A stretch of DNA of 64,000 nucleotides from an uncultured virus (IMG/VR IMGVR_UViG_3300030330_002895) (taxonomy: Duplodnaviria > Heunggongvirae > Uroviricota > Caudoviricetes). The position numbers were made by a program, and so were the translations under genes. Position 1 is the first letter of the stretch. Each line of letters begins with the position of its first letter. The notes beneath the pieces were generated by a model. The model was not told the origin of the DNA. It worked only from the letters and a program-made list of their open reading frames with translations, and searched no databases. The stretch is taken from IMG/VR virus record IMGVR_UViG_3300030330_002895, positions 1 to 64,000 of that record, one strand, 5' to 3'. Positions 1 to 8,521 of this stretch are shown here, in pieces.

Positions 1-180
1 CGGGGGACTAAACCTTTCTACAAATTCTTTAAAAGGATATGTGTGTTCTAAATATTCTGACTTTGATTCTTTTATATAACGCATTGTAGTCTTGCTATGA
101 ATCAGGTACTTGCCTGTCCATCTTTTTCCATTCTTACTTGAAGGTACGTTGCCGTTAATAAATATTTCTAAATCATTCAT
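1..180 (-). CDS. RusA-like Holliday junction resolvase (truncated by window edge)
   Basis: Manually translated MNDLEIFINGNVPSSKNGKRWTGKYLIHSK...; the GNVPSSKN start resembles phage RusA-family proteins; ATG overlaps the upstream stop (ATGAATGA). Not in the ORF track. Confidence 0.6.
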   Translation of the reverse strand, partial: MNDLEIFINGNVPSSKNGKRWTGKYLIHSKTTMRYIKESKSEYLEHTYPFKEFVERFSPP

Positions 181-577
181 ACTCTACTTCATTGGGGTCT
201 GGTATGTATAGTCCTAGTGACGATGATGCAAACCTTTTGACTTCTTCAATATATTCAGTCATCTCTTGGTTGCTCAACTTAGTAGTTGATTTCATTCCAT
301 CCACCCAAATTCCTTTTATTTGATATTTAGTACGAAGAAACATTGATTTTAATATTTCGTGTGCTTCTTCTTTATCATATCCAGTTTCATTTGAGACAAG
401 CTTGACAACGACTGCCCAGTAATAAGAGTTAAGGTTCAGGCTACGCCTGTTTTTTTGCTCCCGTACCGTAATAAATACAGTCTTACCCTCATTACTGGAC
501 AAGTCTTTGTCAAACTGTTCTCTGTTTTGGAAAGTAATCTTTCCGTTTTTTATAAATGCTTTGTGCTTATATATCAT
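173..577 (-). CDS. NinB/YbcN-like recombination-associated DNA-binding protein
   Basis: RSLNLNSYYWAVV...AHEILKSMFL...STTKLSNQEMTEYIEEV...LYIPDP pattern; start placed at ATG 577 (TAATG coupling). Confidence 0.7.
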   Translation of the reverse strand: MIYKHKAFIKNGKITFQNREQFDKDLSSNEGKTVFITVREQKNRRSLNLNSYYWAVVVKLVSNETGYDKEEAHEILKSMFLRTKYQIKGIWVDGMKSTTKLSNQEMTEYIEEVKRFASSSLGLYIPDPNEVEYE

Positions 578-747
578 TAGCACTCACAATTCATTGTTCC
601 AAAACCTAAGTTAAGGACAACTAATTTAAAACATCTTCTAGATAAATCAAACTTTAATTCAAATAAAGTTATGCCTAAAAGCCTAGCTTCTAATTTAAAT
701 TTATCTGTTTGTCTAGCGTTTGCTGTAAAATAATTTATCATTTTCAT
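577..747 (-). CDS. hypothetical protein (56 aa)
   Basis: MKMINYFTANARQTDKFKLEARLLGITLFELKFDLSRRCFKLVVLNLGFGTMNCEC; fills the gap exactly and its stop overlaps the next ATG. Confidence 0.6.
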   Translation of the reverse strand: MKMINYFTANARQTDKFKLEARLLGITLFELKFDLSRRCFKLVVLNLGFGTMNCEC

Positions 748-749
748 AA

Positions 750-1301
750 TTAAAATGGTGTTTGTACTTCTGAAGAAGGTGTTGAGTGTAACTTCAACGC
801 CTGTTCATAAGCTGCTCTATCCTCTGGAGATAGTACTTTATTGTAACTATCTTTAAAATTTATTTTTTGTCCAGCTGGATTAGCAAATTTATACTCTATT
901 CTTGACTTTATTTCTGGTGCATTGGTGTCTTTGTCTGTAGTCCAATACTCCCTTGACGCCAAACACACCTCAACAACATTGCCCATAATACTATTGGCTG
1001 CCATTTGCGGGTCTTTAAACGTCGTTGCTCCTGCTGCTACTAAAAAGTTTTTAAAGATACTAGTTCTTACTTTAGCTGCTGCCTCACTTGTGTGAGAATC
1101 AACACCATTAAACTTTAAAAATGCAGTGCCTTGCAGGTTTTCTACAATAAATTCAAAGTATGGTGTGCCTTGATATCCAGCATTTTCATCACTAGTTTTA
1201 AAGCTTTTAATAGTAACTGTGTGAGCACCTGCTTTTAAATAACTCGATGTTTGTGTTGGTGTATTCGATGTTAATTCGGCTTCTTCTAATTTTGGAAACA
1301 T
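750..1301 (-). CDS. putative single-stranded DNA-binding protein (DUF669-like)
   Basis: YLKAGAHTVTIKSF beta-rich core, C-terminal ...EVQTPF SSB-type tail, adjacent to a Sak4-like ATPase; start at ATG 1301. Confidence 0.5.
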   Translation of the reverse strand: MFPKLEEAELTSNTPTQTSSYLKAGAHTVTIKSFKTSDENAGYQGTPYFEFIVENLQGTAFLKFNGVDSHTSEAAAKVRTSIFKNFLVAAGATTFKDPQMAANSIMGNVVEVCLASREYWTTDKDTNAPEIKSRIEYKFANPAGQKINFKDSYNKVLSPEDRAAYEQALKLHSTPSSEVQTPF

Positions 1302-1437
1302 ATATTCGGTTTTAATAATTAATAATATAGAGGACAAGTAAGTGCCCTCTATTTCTGAATTTTATGACTCATTATTATATTATACAATTGCGGAGGAATA
1401 ATGAGCCTCTTTCTTACTAAAGTTTAAACTTATCCTC

Positions 1438-2073
1438 CTAATTATAATACAATTCACATGCCTCTACAACTTTACCTAAGTTATTTGGAATGTGCAAATC
1501 TTCAAACATACCCATAGGACTCTTTGCAGAATCTCTACCTGTAGTGTTTGTTCTAAACCTGTAGCTTACACCTTCATCACTTTTATGTACGTCGGTAAAT
1601 AAAGCTATTACAAATTCTTTCTCAACTCTTTTCTTCCACCTGTTACCATCTACTGCAACATAACGTTCTTCAACACCATTGTCGCCATCATACACGCCAT
1701 CAATAGCAGTAAATATAACATACTTGTCAGAGTTTTTAGACTTGTCTAGAATTTTATCTATCTCTTTGTTATAATAACTCCATACATCAAAGCCTTTGTA
1801 TCTTATGTCGGCTTCTCTGAATATTATTTCTATAAGAGATGTAAATGATTCTACAACTATAGTTTTGATTTTATCACTTTCCATAGCTTTGTCTAAAGCT
1901 GAGTGAAACTCTGATACAGATTTAATTGGAACATTCATAAACTCTTTTGCATTTTTGAATGGCAACTGCTTTCTTTCTGTATTAAGAACAGCTGTTGTCT
2001 TTGGATTTAAACTAGATAAACTAGTTGATTTGCCTGAACCTGATGGTCCGACAACAATGATATTCGGTTTCAT
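1438..2073 (-). CDS. AAA-family ATPase (Sak4-like phage recombinase)
   Basis: Walker A GPSGSGKS, Walker B-like IVVES, C-terminal AKSPMGMF...IPNNL typical of phage AAA_24/Sak4 proteins. Confidence 0.75.
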   Translation of the reverse strand: MKPNIIVVGPSGSGKSTSLSSLNPKTTAVLNTERKQLPFKNAKEFMNVPIKSVSEFHSALDKAMESDKIKTIVVESFTSLIEIIFREADIRYKGFDVWSYYNKEIDKILDKSKNSDKYVIFTAIDGVYDGDNGVEERYVAVDGNRWKKRVEKEFVIALFTDVHKSDEGVSYRFRTNTTGRDSAKSPMGMFEDLHIPNNLGKVVEACELYYN

Positions 2074-2294
2074 TTGTCTTTCGTTTTTAAATTAAATAAT
2101 TCGGTTTTACTAATCGGTTTTTTATTATTCTTAGATTGAACAAACTTTACATATCCTTTAAACATAAAGTTGTCTTTGTTTTTGATTACATTTTCTAATT
2201 CACCAAAGGTTTCATTCATAACCTTACGGAGAAAAGTTTTGCTAATCCCTAATCTTTTAGAAAGTTTAGTTAAAGCTTGTTCGTAACTAATCAT
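2070..2294 (-). CDS. HU/IHF-like DNA-binding protein
   Basis: Helix-turn-helix LSKRLGISKTFLRKVMNETF followed by FMFKGYVKF, matching the HU fold pattern. Confidence 0.55.
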   Translation of the reverse strand: MISYEQALTKLSKRLGISKTFLRKVMNETFGELENVIKNKDNFMFKGYVKFVQSKNNKKPISKTELFNLKTKDK

Positions 2295-2301
2295 AATGCT
2301 G

Positions 2302-2332
2302 CAAATCTACTAAATATATAACAAACAGCAAA
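2302..2332 (-). promoter_or_regulatory. Bacteroidota primary-sigma promoter TTTG-N19-TAGATTTG
   Basis: -33 TTTG (2332-2329) and -7 TAGATTTG (2309-2302), 19-nt spacer, 7 nt before ATG 2294. Confidence 0.75.
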
Positions 2333-2356
2333 ATAGATAGGCAAAAAATATACACA

Positions 2357-3649
2357 TTACATTGTTGGTAAGTCCTCAAATTTTGTTAAATAATCAACAA
2401 ACCTTAAGTGCTTACTTCCAATGCCAATATTTCTACCTTTAGCAAATATTATTTCTGCCAAACCCTGAACACTATTACCTTTTTCATCAGTTAAGATGTT
2501 ATAATATTCAGGTCTGTACACAAACATAACGGTATCAGCAGCTTGCTCAATTTCCCCAGACTCTCTCAAGTCAGCTAGTGTAGGGCGACCCCCATCGCGT
2601 TTACTAACATTCCTAGATAACTGAGAAAGCGCTAATACTGTTATATCTAATTCTTTTGCTAAATTCTTTAATGCTCTTGTTACATGTGACACTTCTTGTT
2701 CACGACTACGTCCATTTAAATTGTAACTAATTAATTGAAGGTAATCTACTACCACCATATCAACTTGTTTAGTTACAACATATTGTCTAATCCTGTTAAG
2801 AAGATATTTTAAAGATGTATTTCTACACTCATCAATATATAAAGGCATTTTATCAAAACGAGCTATACTATTATGTATTTTAGTCCATTCGTCTTGATAT
2901 ATAGCACCTTTAAGCATATGTTTGTTGTCAATGTCTGCATCACCACTAATCATACGCATAAGCATTTGATTAACTGACATTTCGTAAGAAAATACTACAC
3001 ATTTGTATTCTCTACGAGCAGCATTAACAGCAATATTAAGAGCAAAACTGGTTTTACCCATAGATGAAGCACCACCAATGATAACTAAATCTTGTTTTTG
3101 CCAGCCACTTGTAAACTTATCAATATCTCTGAATCCACTTGGGATACCCGTCATGCCCTGATTATTAACATTGTTTTCAATAGTCTTGACCATATTGGGC
3201 ATTTGTTCACTGATATGAACCAACTTGTCATTGGACACATTGCCGATTTTTTGCAGTTCATTTTCTGCATAGTCAATGATAGTGAACAACTCGTCATTGT
3301 CATTGACTTTGTTATTGATATGATGTGCAAGTGTTTGCAGTTGATTAATCTTGTTTTTTTCTAACAATAGTAAAACAAGGTTGTCTGCAAGATATGGGTC
3401 AAATGCTCTTTCACTACAGTCTTGAGCAAGTTTAATAGCTTTGTATTTGTCTTTAGACTTGTTATAAAACTCAGTCATGTCACATCTGCCAGTATTTTGA
3501 TAAGAGTTGTCTAATATAATAAATAGTCTTTTATTTTCTTCGCATGCAAATAAATCTGCTGATAACAAAGAATGATTGTCAAAGTATATAGTTTTGTCTG
3601 TCATTAGTTTACCAAGCAAAACCATTTCTAAATAATTTCTATCTTTCAT
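2357..3649 (-). CDS. dnaB: replicative DNA helicase
   Basis: GASSMGKT Walker A, FSYEM, VVVDYLQL, LSQLSR, DLRESGEIEQAAD, IIFAKGRN motifs. Confidence 0.95.
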   Translation of the reverse strand: MKDRNYLEMVLLGKLMTDKTIYFDNHSLLSADLFACEENKRLFIILDNSYQNTGRCDMTEFYNKSKDKYKAIKLAQDCSERAFDPYLADNLVLLLLEKNKINQLQTLAHHINNKVNDNDELFTIIDYAENELQKIGNVSNDKLVHISEQMPNMVKTIENNVNNQGMTGIPSGFRDIDKFTSGWQKQDLVIIGGASSMGKTSFALNIAVNAARREYKCVVFSYEMSVNQMLMRMISGDADIDNKHMLKGAIYQDEWTKIHNSIARFDKMPLYIDECRNTSLKYLLNRIRQYVVTKQVDMVVVDYLQLISYNLNGRSREQEVSHVTRALKNLAKELDITVLALSQLSRNVSKRDGGRPTLADLRESGEIEQAADTVMFVYRPEYYNILTDEKGNSVQGLAEIIFAKGRNIGIGSKHLRFVDYLTKFEDLPTM

Positions 3650-3950
3650 CTCTTAAATTATTTTTAGGTTGTTTATATATAAACTTTGAATTTTGCAACA
3701 TTTTTGTAATTTCAGGAACTTCATCTTCCCACCTTTCGTGTTTAATCCAGCGAACAGGGTGAGGCCAATCAGGATACCACATTTGATGTTCATCACATAT
3801 AGCTCTATATCTTTTTTGATTAGACAGTGCTTCCATTATTGTTGCATATAATTCTGGCGAGGGTTTTAGCCTTTGCCATGCATCAAGGGTTTGTTTTTTA
3901 CCCACCTTGCGAGGGTATTCTTTCCAGAACGTGTTAAATAAATTTTTCAT
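3639..3950 (-). CDS. replication initiator C-terminal-like domain / putative helicase loader
   Basis: FNTFWKEYPRKVGK...HPVRWIKHERWEDE pattern seen in C-terminal domains of phage replication initiators; coupled to dnaB. Confidence 0.55.
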   Translation of the reverse strand: MKNLFNTFWKEYPRKVGKKQTLDAWQRLKPSPELYATIMEALSNQKRYRAICDEHQMWYPDWPHPVRWIKHERWEDEVPEITKMLQNSKFIYKQPKNNLRDER

Positions 3951-4171
3951 CCTTCTAATTTTTCTATGATTTCTGACTCTAAGTTAATTAACCAATCATC
4001 AGCACATTCAAACATCAAATCCGTTACTTCTATATTTTCATAGAAGATTCTATCTATTTCTACATGAGACCTAAGAGGCTCTGTGTCTGGATATCTTTCT
4101 TTTTGTTCTGGTATGTATGTATACTCGATAAGTAAATCTTTACCGTGTATATCTGCTATATATTCTGCCAT
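3947..4171 (-). CDS. hypothetical protein
   Basis: 74-aa ORF with an A/T-rich start context, overlapping the next gene (ATGA). Confidence 0.7.
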   Translation of the reverse strand: MAEYIADIHGKDLLIEYTYIPEQKERYPDTEPLRSHVEIDRIFYENIEVTDLMFECADDWLINLESEIIEKLEG

Positions 4172-4208
4172 AATTTTACAATTTTAATAATTAATATTTA
4201 GTTTAAAA

Positions 4209-4296
4209 CTACATAGGGGGGAGAAACGGTAATCGGAACACAAAGTATAACCTATTAATAAATAAAGTTAAAATGATTACAACTCCCCCCTTGTAG
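4209..4296. repeat. long-range inverted repeat (structured intergenic RNA or terminator)
   Basis: CTACA(T)AGGGGGGAG 4209-4223 pairs with CTCCCCCCTTGTAG 4283-4296; inner GTAATC/GATTAC pair. Confidence 0.65.
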
Positions 4297-4316
4297 AATG
4301 TGTGAATGAGTAGCGA

Positions 4317-5561
4317 TTAATTGAAACGCTCTTCACGCTTATCATAATAGTCTGCTATATTATCTCCTTCTTTACCCAGACCTGCAACCAACACTTCACG
4401 CATTGATATACATATAGCTGGGTCTTCTTGGAATCTATTATAGGTTTCTATTATGGTTCTAGAATGATTTTCGACAAAGTTAACAAAACTCATACAAAAC
4501 AGCACCCATTTTCTAATTTTATTATAGTCAAGTGAGCCACTATGTTGCCTAAACTCTATAGTCTCGCCTCTTTCATTGTAGCTACAATTGTTAAGGTTAA
4601 GCCATTTGTAACGAGTAGACGCATAATGTCCATTAGGGTGACGCGACTTCTTGCAATTGTTTTTATCAAACCCCGCATCAGTATTAGAAACATATTTTGA
4701 AAGCAATCTTAACACGCGTTTATATGTAAAAGGATAAAGTTTTTTATTAACTGTCCTAATTTTTATAAACTCTTCAGGTATAGATTGACAATAAGTATTC
4801 TTTCTTCTTGATTTAGGCTGAATCCTAAACAATTGTTCTTGCATCATTTGTCCCAACATAATAGATAGTATACTAAATCTTCTATTGAAGTTAGCCCCAC
4901 CTACATGAACATGAACACCACAAGTTCTATCAACATAACATTCATCTGAAAGAGCTTGACATATATCTTCTAGTTCTTTCATGCCCTTATTGCCCTGAAG
5001 AATACCTGTCACATATTCTTTAGCTTCAATACTACCATCATCTACACACTTAAGACTGTATTTAGATGTATAGTCTAAATAACCATCACAAGTTTCCATT
5101 TCAACACCAAATGTATAAGGCATTCCATATGTTTTAGTAAACATAGTATCTACAATTTTAAAGGTGTTATCCCAGGTTTCTCCCTCATCATATTCATCTT
5201 CTGGAATCCAATCTTCTCTACTTTCAGAATATATAAAACCTCTCTCTTCTGCTGTATCACGACACTGAAAATATCTATCAGAATATTCTGAGTATTCATA
5301 GTCAGTGTCTTGATGAAACCAACCTTCGCTACCTTGGTATAGGTCTCCATAAATCATTTCGCCTTCACAATAATAACATTCATTTGTTTCACACCACGTT
5401 ATTGAATCATCATCTTGATGATACCATAGTCCATCTGATTCATTCATAACAGCTTCATCACAATGACACCATTGGTCATCATGTAATTGAACACATTCAT
5501 CTTGATGTTGTTCATCGCCATGCAAATCAGTACAATAGACATCTTCTAATTTTTCTTCCAT
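4317..5561 (-). CDS. COOH-NH2 ligase (amidoligase) with acidic Cys/His/aromatic N-terminal region
   Basis: TFGVEMET, DDGSI...EYVT, TCGVHVHVG, RYKWLN, TIEFRQHSGS motifs of the glutamine-synthetase-fold amidoligase family. Confidence 0.88.
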   Translation of the reverse strand: MEEKLEDVYCTDLHGDEQHQDECVQLHDDQWCHCDEAVMNESDGLWYHQDDDSITWCETNECYYCEGEMIYGDLYQGSEGWFHQDTDYEYSEYSDRYFQCRDTAEERGFIYSESREDWIPEDEYDEGETWDNTFKIVDTMFTKTYGMPYTFGVEMETCDGYLDYTSKYSLKCVDDGSIEAKEYVTGILQGNKGMKELEDICQALSDECYVDRTCGVHVHVGGANFNRRFSILSIMLGQMMQEQLFRIQPKSRRKNTYCQSIPEEFIKIRTVNKKLYPFTYKRVLRLLSKYVSNTDAGFDKNNCKKSRHPNGHYASTRYKWLNLNNCSYNERGETIEFRQHSGSLDYNKIRKWVLFCMSFVNFVENHSRTIIETYNRFQEDPAICISMREVLVAGLGKEGDNIADYYDKREERFN

Positions 5562-5571
5562 AACTTAAAGT

Positions 5572-6501
5572 TTAATATTGATAATAAATGTCTTCAGCTA
5601 ATTGTTCTAACACCTCAATAGCATTTCTTATAGAAGTTTTAGAGTTCATGTCTAAATCACAATGTTCTATAATTTCCATAAGGTCTTCTGCTGTATCAGA
5701 ATAAATTTGTGCTCTGTTATAATCTTCTTCCTCATCAGTATCCCAAGGGTCTTGCCCTTCCCATATGTTTGCTTGATTATAAATGCTTGAGTGTGAAGGT
5801 GTTACACCTCTGTACCCACCATACGAACGCCAGTCTGTATTTATAACTTTAGCTGCTGGTATAGGCTTGTGCTTAACTTTAATAGTTTTAATTAACTCGC
5901 CGTTTTCCCAAACATATACTTTATCTTTTTCACATTCTTTTACATCTTTTTTTCTTTTGGTTAGATTTTCTAAGCCTTCTTCTAAAGAACTAAAGTATGT
6001 ACCCTCTTCTCTTGTTAAATAATAAAGTGGGTTGTTGTGTCTGTAAGTATATAGTCTGTTGTCATTTGCTGTATACAAAACTGCTTTTGTACCACCAAAT
6101 AAACCTAAGTTTGAAGCATCTCTTGTTTCGCCAAGCACTTTAATAATCATTTCAGAGTCAACAGTAGTTTTCTTTATGTTAAACTTTTTGCCTACTTCTT
6201 CATAATTATTTAACACACCATTGTGAGCACCTATAATTCCTTTGTGCTGAAATGGGTGTGCGTTCTCAACAGTGTTAGCACCGTGAGTACCATATCTTGT
6301 GTGTCCTATAAGAACACTGCCTGTTTCGTTTGATTCAAGCATTGGTAATATATTCATAGATTCATCTAATGTTTTGTATATTTTACCATTTACGAACATT
6401 CCTGTAGAGTGGCCACCTCTGGAATCATTGTCCGCTAATAAATGTAAAGCCTTCAACACACTTGTGTTTGCCTTACCTGAAAAGCCTACTAATCCACACA
6501 T
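5572..6501 (-). CDS. class II (Ntn) glutamine amidotransferase
   Basis: MCGLVG, RGGHSTG, GHTRYGTHG, NAHPF, HNGV, VDSE motifs; the catalytic Cys must be N-terminal, so the start is placed at 6501. Confidence 0.92.
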   Translation of the reverse strand: MCGLVGFSGKANTSVLKALHLLADNDSRGGHSTGMFVNGKIYKTLDESMNILPMLESNETGSVLIGHTRYGTHGANTVENAHPFQHKGIIGAHNGVLNNYEEVGKKFNIKKTTVDSEMIIKVLGETRDASNLGLFGGTKAVLYTANDNRLYTYRHNNPLYYLTREEGTYFSSLEEGLENLTKRKKDVKECEKDKVYVWENGELIKTIKVKHKPIPAAKVINTDWRSYGGYRGVTPSHSSIYNQANIWEGQDPWDTDEEEDYNRAQIYSDTAEDLMEIIEHCDLDMNSKTSIRNAIEVLEQLAEDIYYQY

Positions 6502-6586
6502 ATTTTTATTTTTTTCAGTGTTAATAATTTCATGGTATTCATCTATTGCATCGAAGGGTATACCATTTACCCCTTCATCCCAAACC

Positions 6587-7063
6587 CTACTCATTGTTTG
6601 GTAGGTTTTCGGTTGCTACTATAAGTTGTTCTTTCTGTACTTTAGTTATATTATCTCGTACAAGACCACAATCTAAAATTTCTCTAACAAGCCATAGCAT
6701 ATCATTTATCCTATCAAGCTGAGTAGTTTTTGCATATTCAACATATGTTTCTACTCTCTCGTATTTAGTTTTGGTTTTAGAATCATAAGTAACTCCTGTA
6801 CCTAAATAAACAGGTCTAAGATTTGTTTTCATAAAAGATGTTAAAACTTCATACAAAGACTCTCTACTTACAAGACAATCAACTTTTAAATTCTTTTTAT
6901 TTGATTTATCTATTATAAATGCTTTGCTGTTTTCTAAATCTTCAAGCTTGTAAGCTTCTTCTTTGATTTGTTTTTTGTTATACATAGGTATAACTTTATC
7001 ATTATTTAGATACTCGCCTAAAGCTTCTCTAATAATGTTATAGTTTAATTTATGTTTTGTCAT
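6587..7063 (-). CDS. hypothetical protein
   Basis: 158-aa ORF with a typical A/T-rich start context. Confidence 0.75.
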   Translation of the reverse strand: MTKHKLNYNIIREALGEYLNNDKVIPMYNKKQIKEEAYKLEDLENSKAFIIDKSNKKNLKVDCLVSRESLYEVLTSFMKTNLRPVYLGTGVTYDSKTKTKYERVETYVEYAKTTQLDRINDMLWLVREILDCGLVRDNITKVQKEQLIVATENLPNNE

Positions 7064-7081
7064 AATTTATATTTTAAAAGT

Positions 7082-7106
7082 AAAAAAATAGGGGACCGAA
7101 GTCCCC
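7082..7106 (-). terminator. intrinsic terminator
   Basis: Minus strand GGGGAC-TTCG-GTCCCC followed by TATTTTTTT. Confidence 0.8.
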
Positions 7107-7163
7107 ATTAAATAAACAAAGTGTATACGATAATAAATATTATCATAACAACAAATATTATAT

Positions 7164-7355
7164 CTACTGTATCCATGTTGCATTTTGACCTCTGATATAT
7201 TTGTCTATAATGCCTAATTTATTTTTAGCATCATAAGATATACGATATTTATCTTTAGTGGCTTTGATAGCGTCTGGTTGAATAGTAATACTTGTGTCCC
7301 GTTTTTTAAGTGGTAGAATTGCAGGACCTAACAATTCGCATAAATGATATTTCAT
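7164..7355 (-). CDS. hypothetical protein
   Basis: 63-aa ORF; start context TTTAAACTTATTATTATG. Confidence 0.6.
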   Translation of the reverse strand: MKYHLCELLGPAILPLKKRDTSITIQPDAIKATKDKYRISYDAKNKLGIIDKYIRGQNATWIQ

Positions 7356-7370
7356 AATAATAAGTTTAAA

Positions 7371-7493
7371 TTAAATAAATATTGCCCACATAATCCATAT
7401 AAATAAATACATACAATACATAAAGGCAAGTGATAACACGGTAGTTACAGATATATAAATGATACCTTGCAACCATTTTGGTAATTTACTCAT
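7371..7493 (-). CDS. small membrane protein (40 aa)
   Basis: MSKLPKWLQGIIYISVTTVLSLAFMYCMYLFIWIMWAIFI, one long hydrophobic stretch; start moved to ATG 7493. Confidence 0.6.
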   Translation of the reverse strand: MSKLPKWLQGIIYISVTTVLSLAFMYCMYLFIWIMWAIFI

Positions 7494-7601
7494 AACAATA
7501 GTTTTAGTTACACAATAGAGAAAAGCAGAAACAATGGATTGACATAGCGCTACCGCGCATGGTGATAGTGAATCCATCAGCGTGGCAATCAGTAAAGAGT
7601 A

Positions 7602-7623
7602 AGGGGATACGTTAGTACCCCCT
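7602..7623 (-). terminator. hairpin downstream of the 204-aa ORF
   Basis: AGGGGGTAC-TAAC-GTATCCCCT on the minus strand followed by a weak T-rich tail. Confidence 0.5.
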
Positions 7624-7634
7624 CACAATAGCTA

Positions 7635-8249
7635 TTACATCTCTGCAGTTGCGTGTTCAGTGACAGTAGATGAACTCTTTGAATACGTAGGAACGTCAAC
7701 AAAGTTCATTTGTTTGCCTTTTTTACGCATAGCAAATGTTAGCGTAACATTTTCAGCTTGAACATCTGTGTCAAATTCTTTTACACCAGCGTAACCATTG
7801 TCACGCAGAATACCATAGAATGCTTTTGCATAATATAAATCTTCGCCTGTGTTATCACAATTGATGATTTCTTCTGCAATGCCTTGAATGGTAGTGTTAC
7901 GGAATAGCATAGTAACATAGTTCAAGTTTTTATCATCAGAATCTAATTTCATGTTGATAGCAAACGCAGGTAGAGGTTTTTTGATATACTCGCCTGTGTC
8001 CTTGTCGCGTCTTGACACGTACAACATAATGTTAGCACACTGAAATGCAGTAGGTTCTGATAGCTCATATTTTTGTGAGCCGTTAGCACCTGTTACAATT
8101 TTGTCAATCATTTTGAACTCGCCTAATTGCGGTTTGTAATTGAACATAGTACCTGTTTTGATACCTTCAGTTCTATCGTGTTTAGGTAGTGTTAATGATT
8201 GAATTTTGCTGAGCTTTGCAGCAACGTCTTTGGAAAATAAACTTTTCAT
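7635..8249 (-). CDS. hypothetical early protein (204 aa)
   Basis: Long ORF with a strong start context; no recognisable family. Confidence 0.8.
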   Translation of the reverse strand: MKSLFSKDVAAKLSKIQSLTLPKHDRTEGIKTGTMFNYKPQLGEFKMIDKIVTGANGSQKYELSEPTAFQCANIMLYVSRRDKDTGEYIKKPLPAFAINMKLDSDDKNLNYVTMLFRNTTIQGIAEEIINCDNTGEDLYYAKAFYGILRDNGYAGVKEFDTDVQAENVTLTFAMRKKGKQMNFVDVPTYSKSSSTVTEHATAEM

Positions 8250-8344
8250 AATATATAAATTTAAAATAAAGAGTAATGTACGGCTTACTCATTAACCGAG
8301 TTGCGTATTGACACACAACCATTATAGAACAGCAAAAACTGTTA

Positions 8345-8497
8345 TTAGTGAACCTCGTTAGGGTAGCCACAATCAGAACATTGAACGATGTCAAATTGTT
8401 GTCCTGAATATGTTAACTTGCCATAGTTGATACTGTAGCAAGAAGAACAATGAACCTGACGATGAACAATGTTCTTGGTAAAATCTTTAATAGTCAT
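8345..8497 (-). CDS. small zinc-ribbon protein (50 aa)
   Basis: MTIKDFTKNIVHRQVHCSSCYSINYGKLTYSGQQFDIVQCSDCGYPNEVH: two CxxC pairs. Not in the ORF track. Confidence 0.75.
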   Translation of the reverse strand: MTIKDFTKNIVHRQVHCSSCYSINYGKLTYSGQQFDIVQCSDCGYPNEVH

Positions 8498-8521
8498 AAT
8501 AATAGATTTAGAAATTAATAC

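Noticed and set aside
8182..8394. 70-aa minus-strand ORF in the track
   Set aside because: Non-ATG start; overlaps the Zn-ribbon gene, the structured leader and the start of the 204-aa gene.
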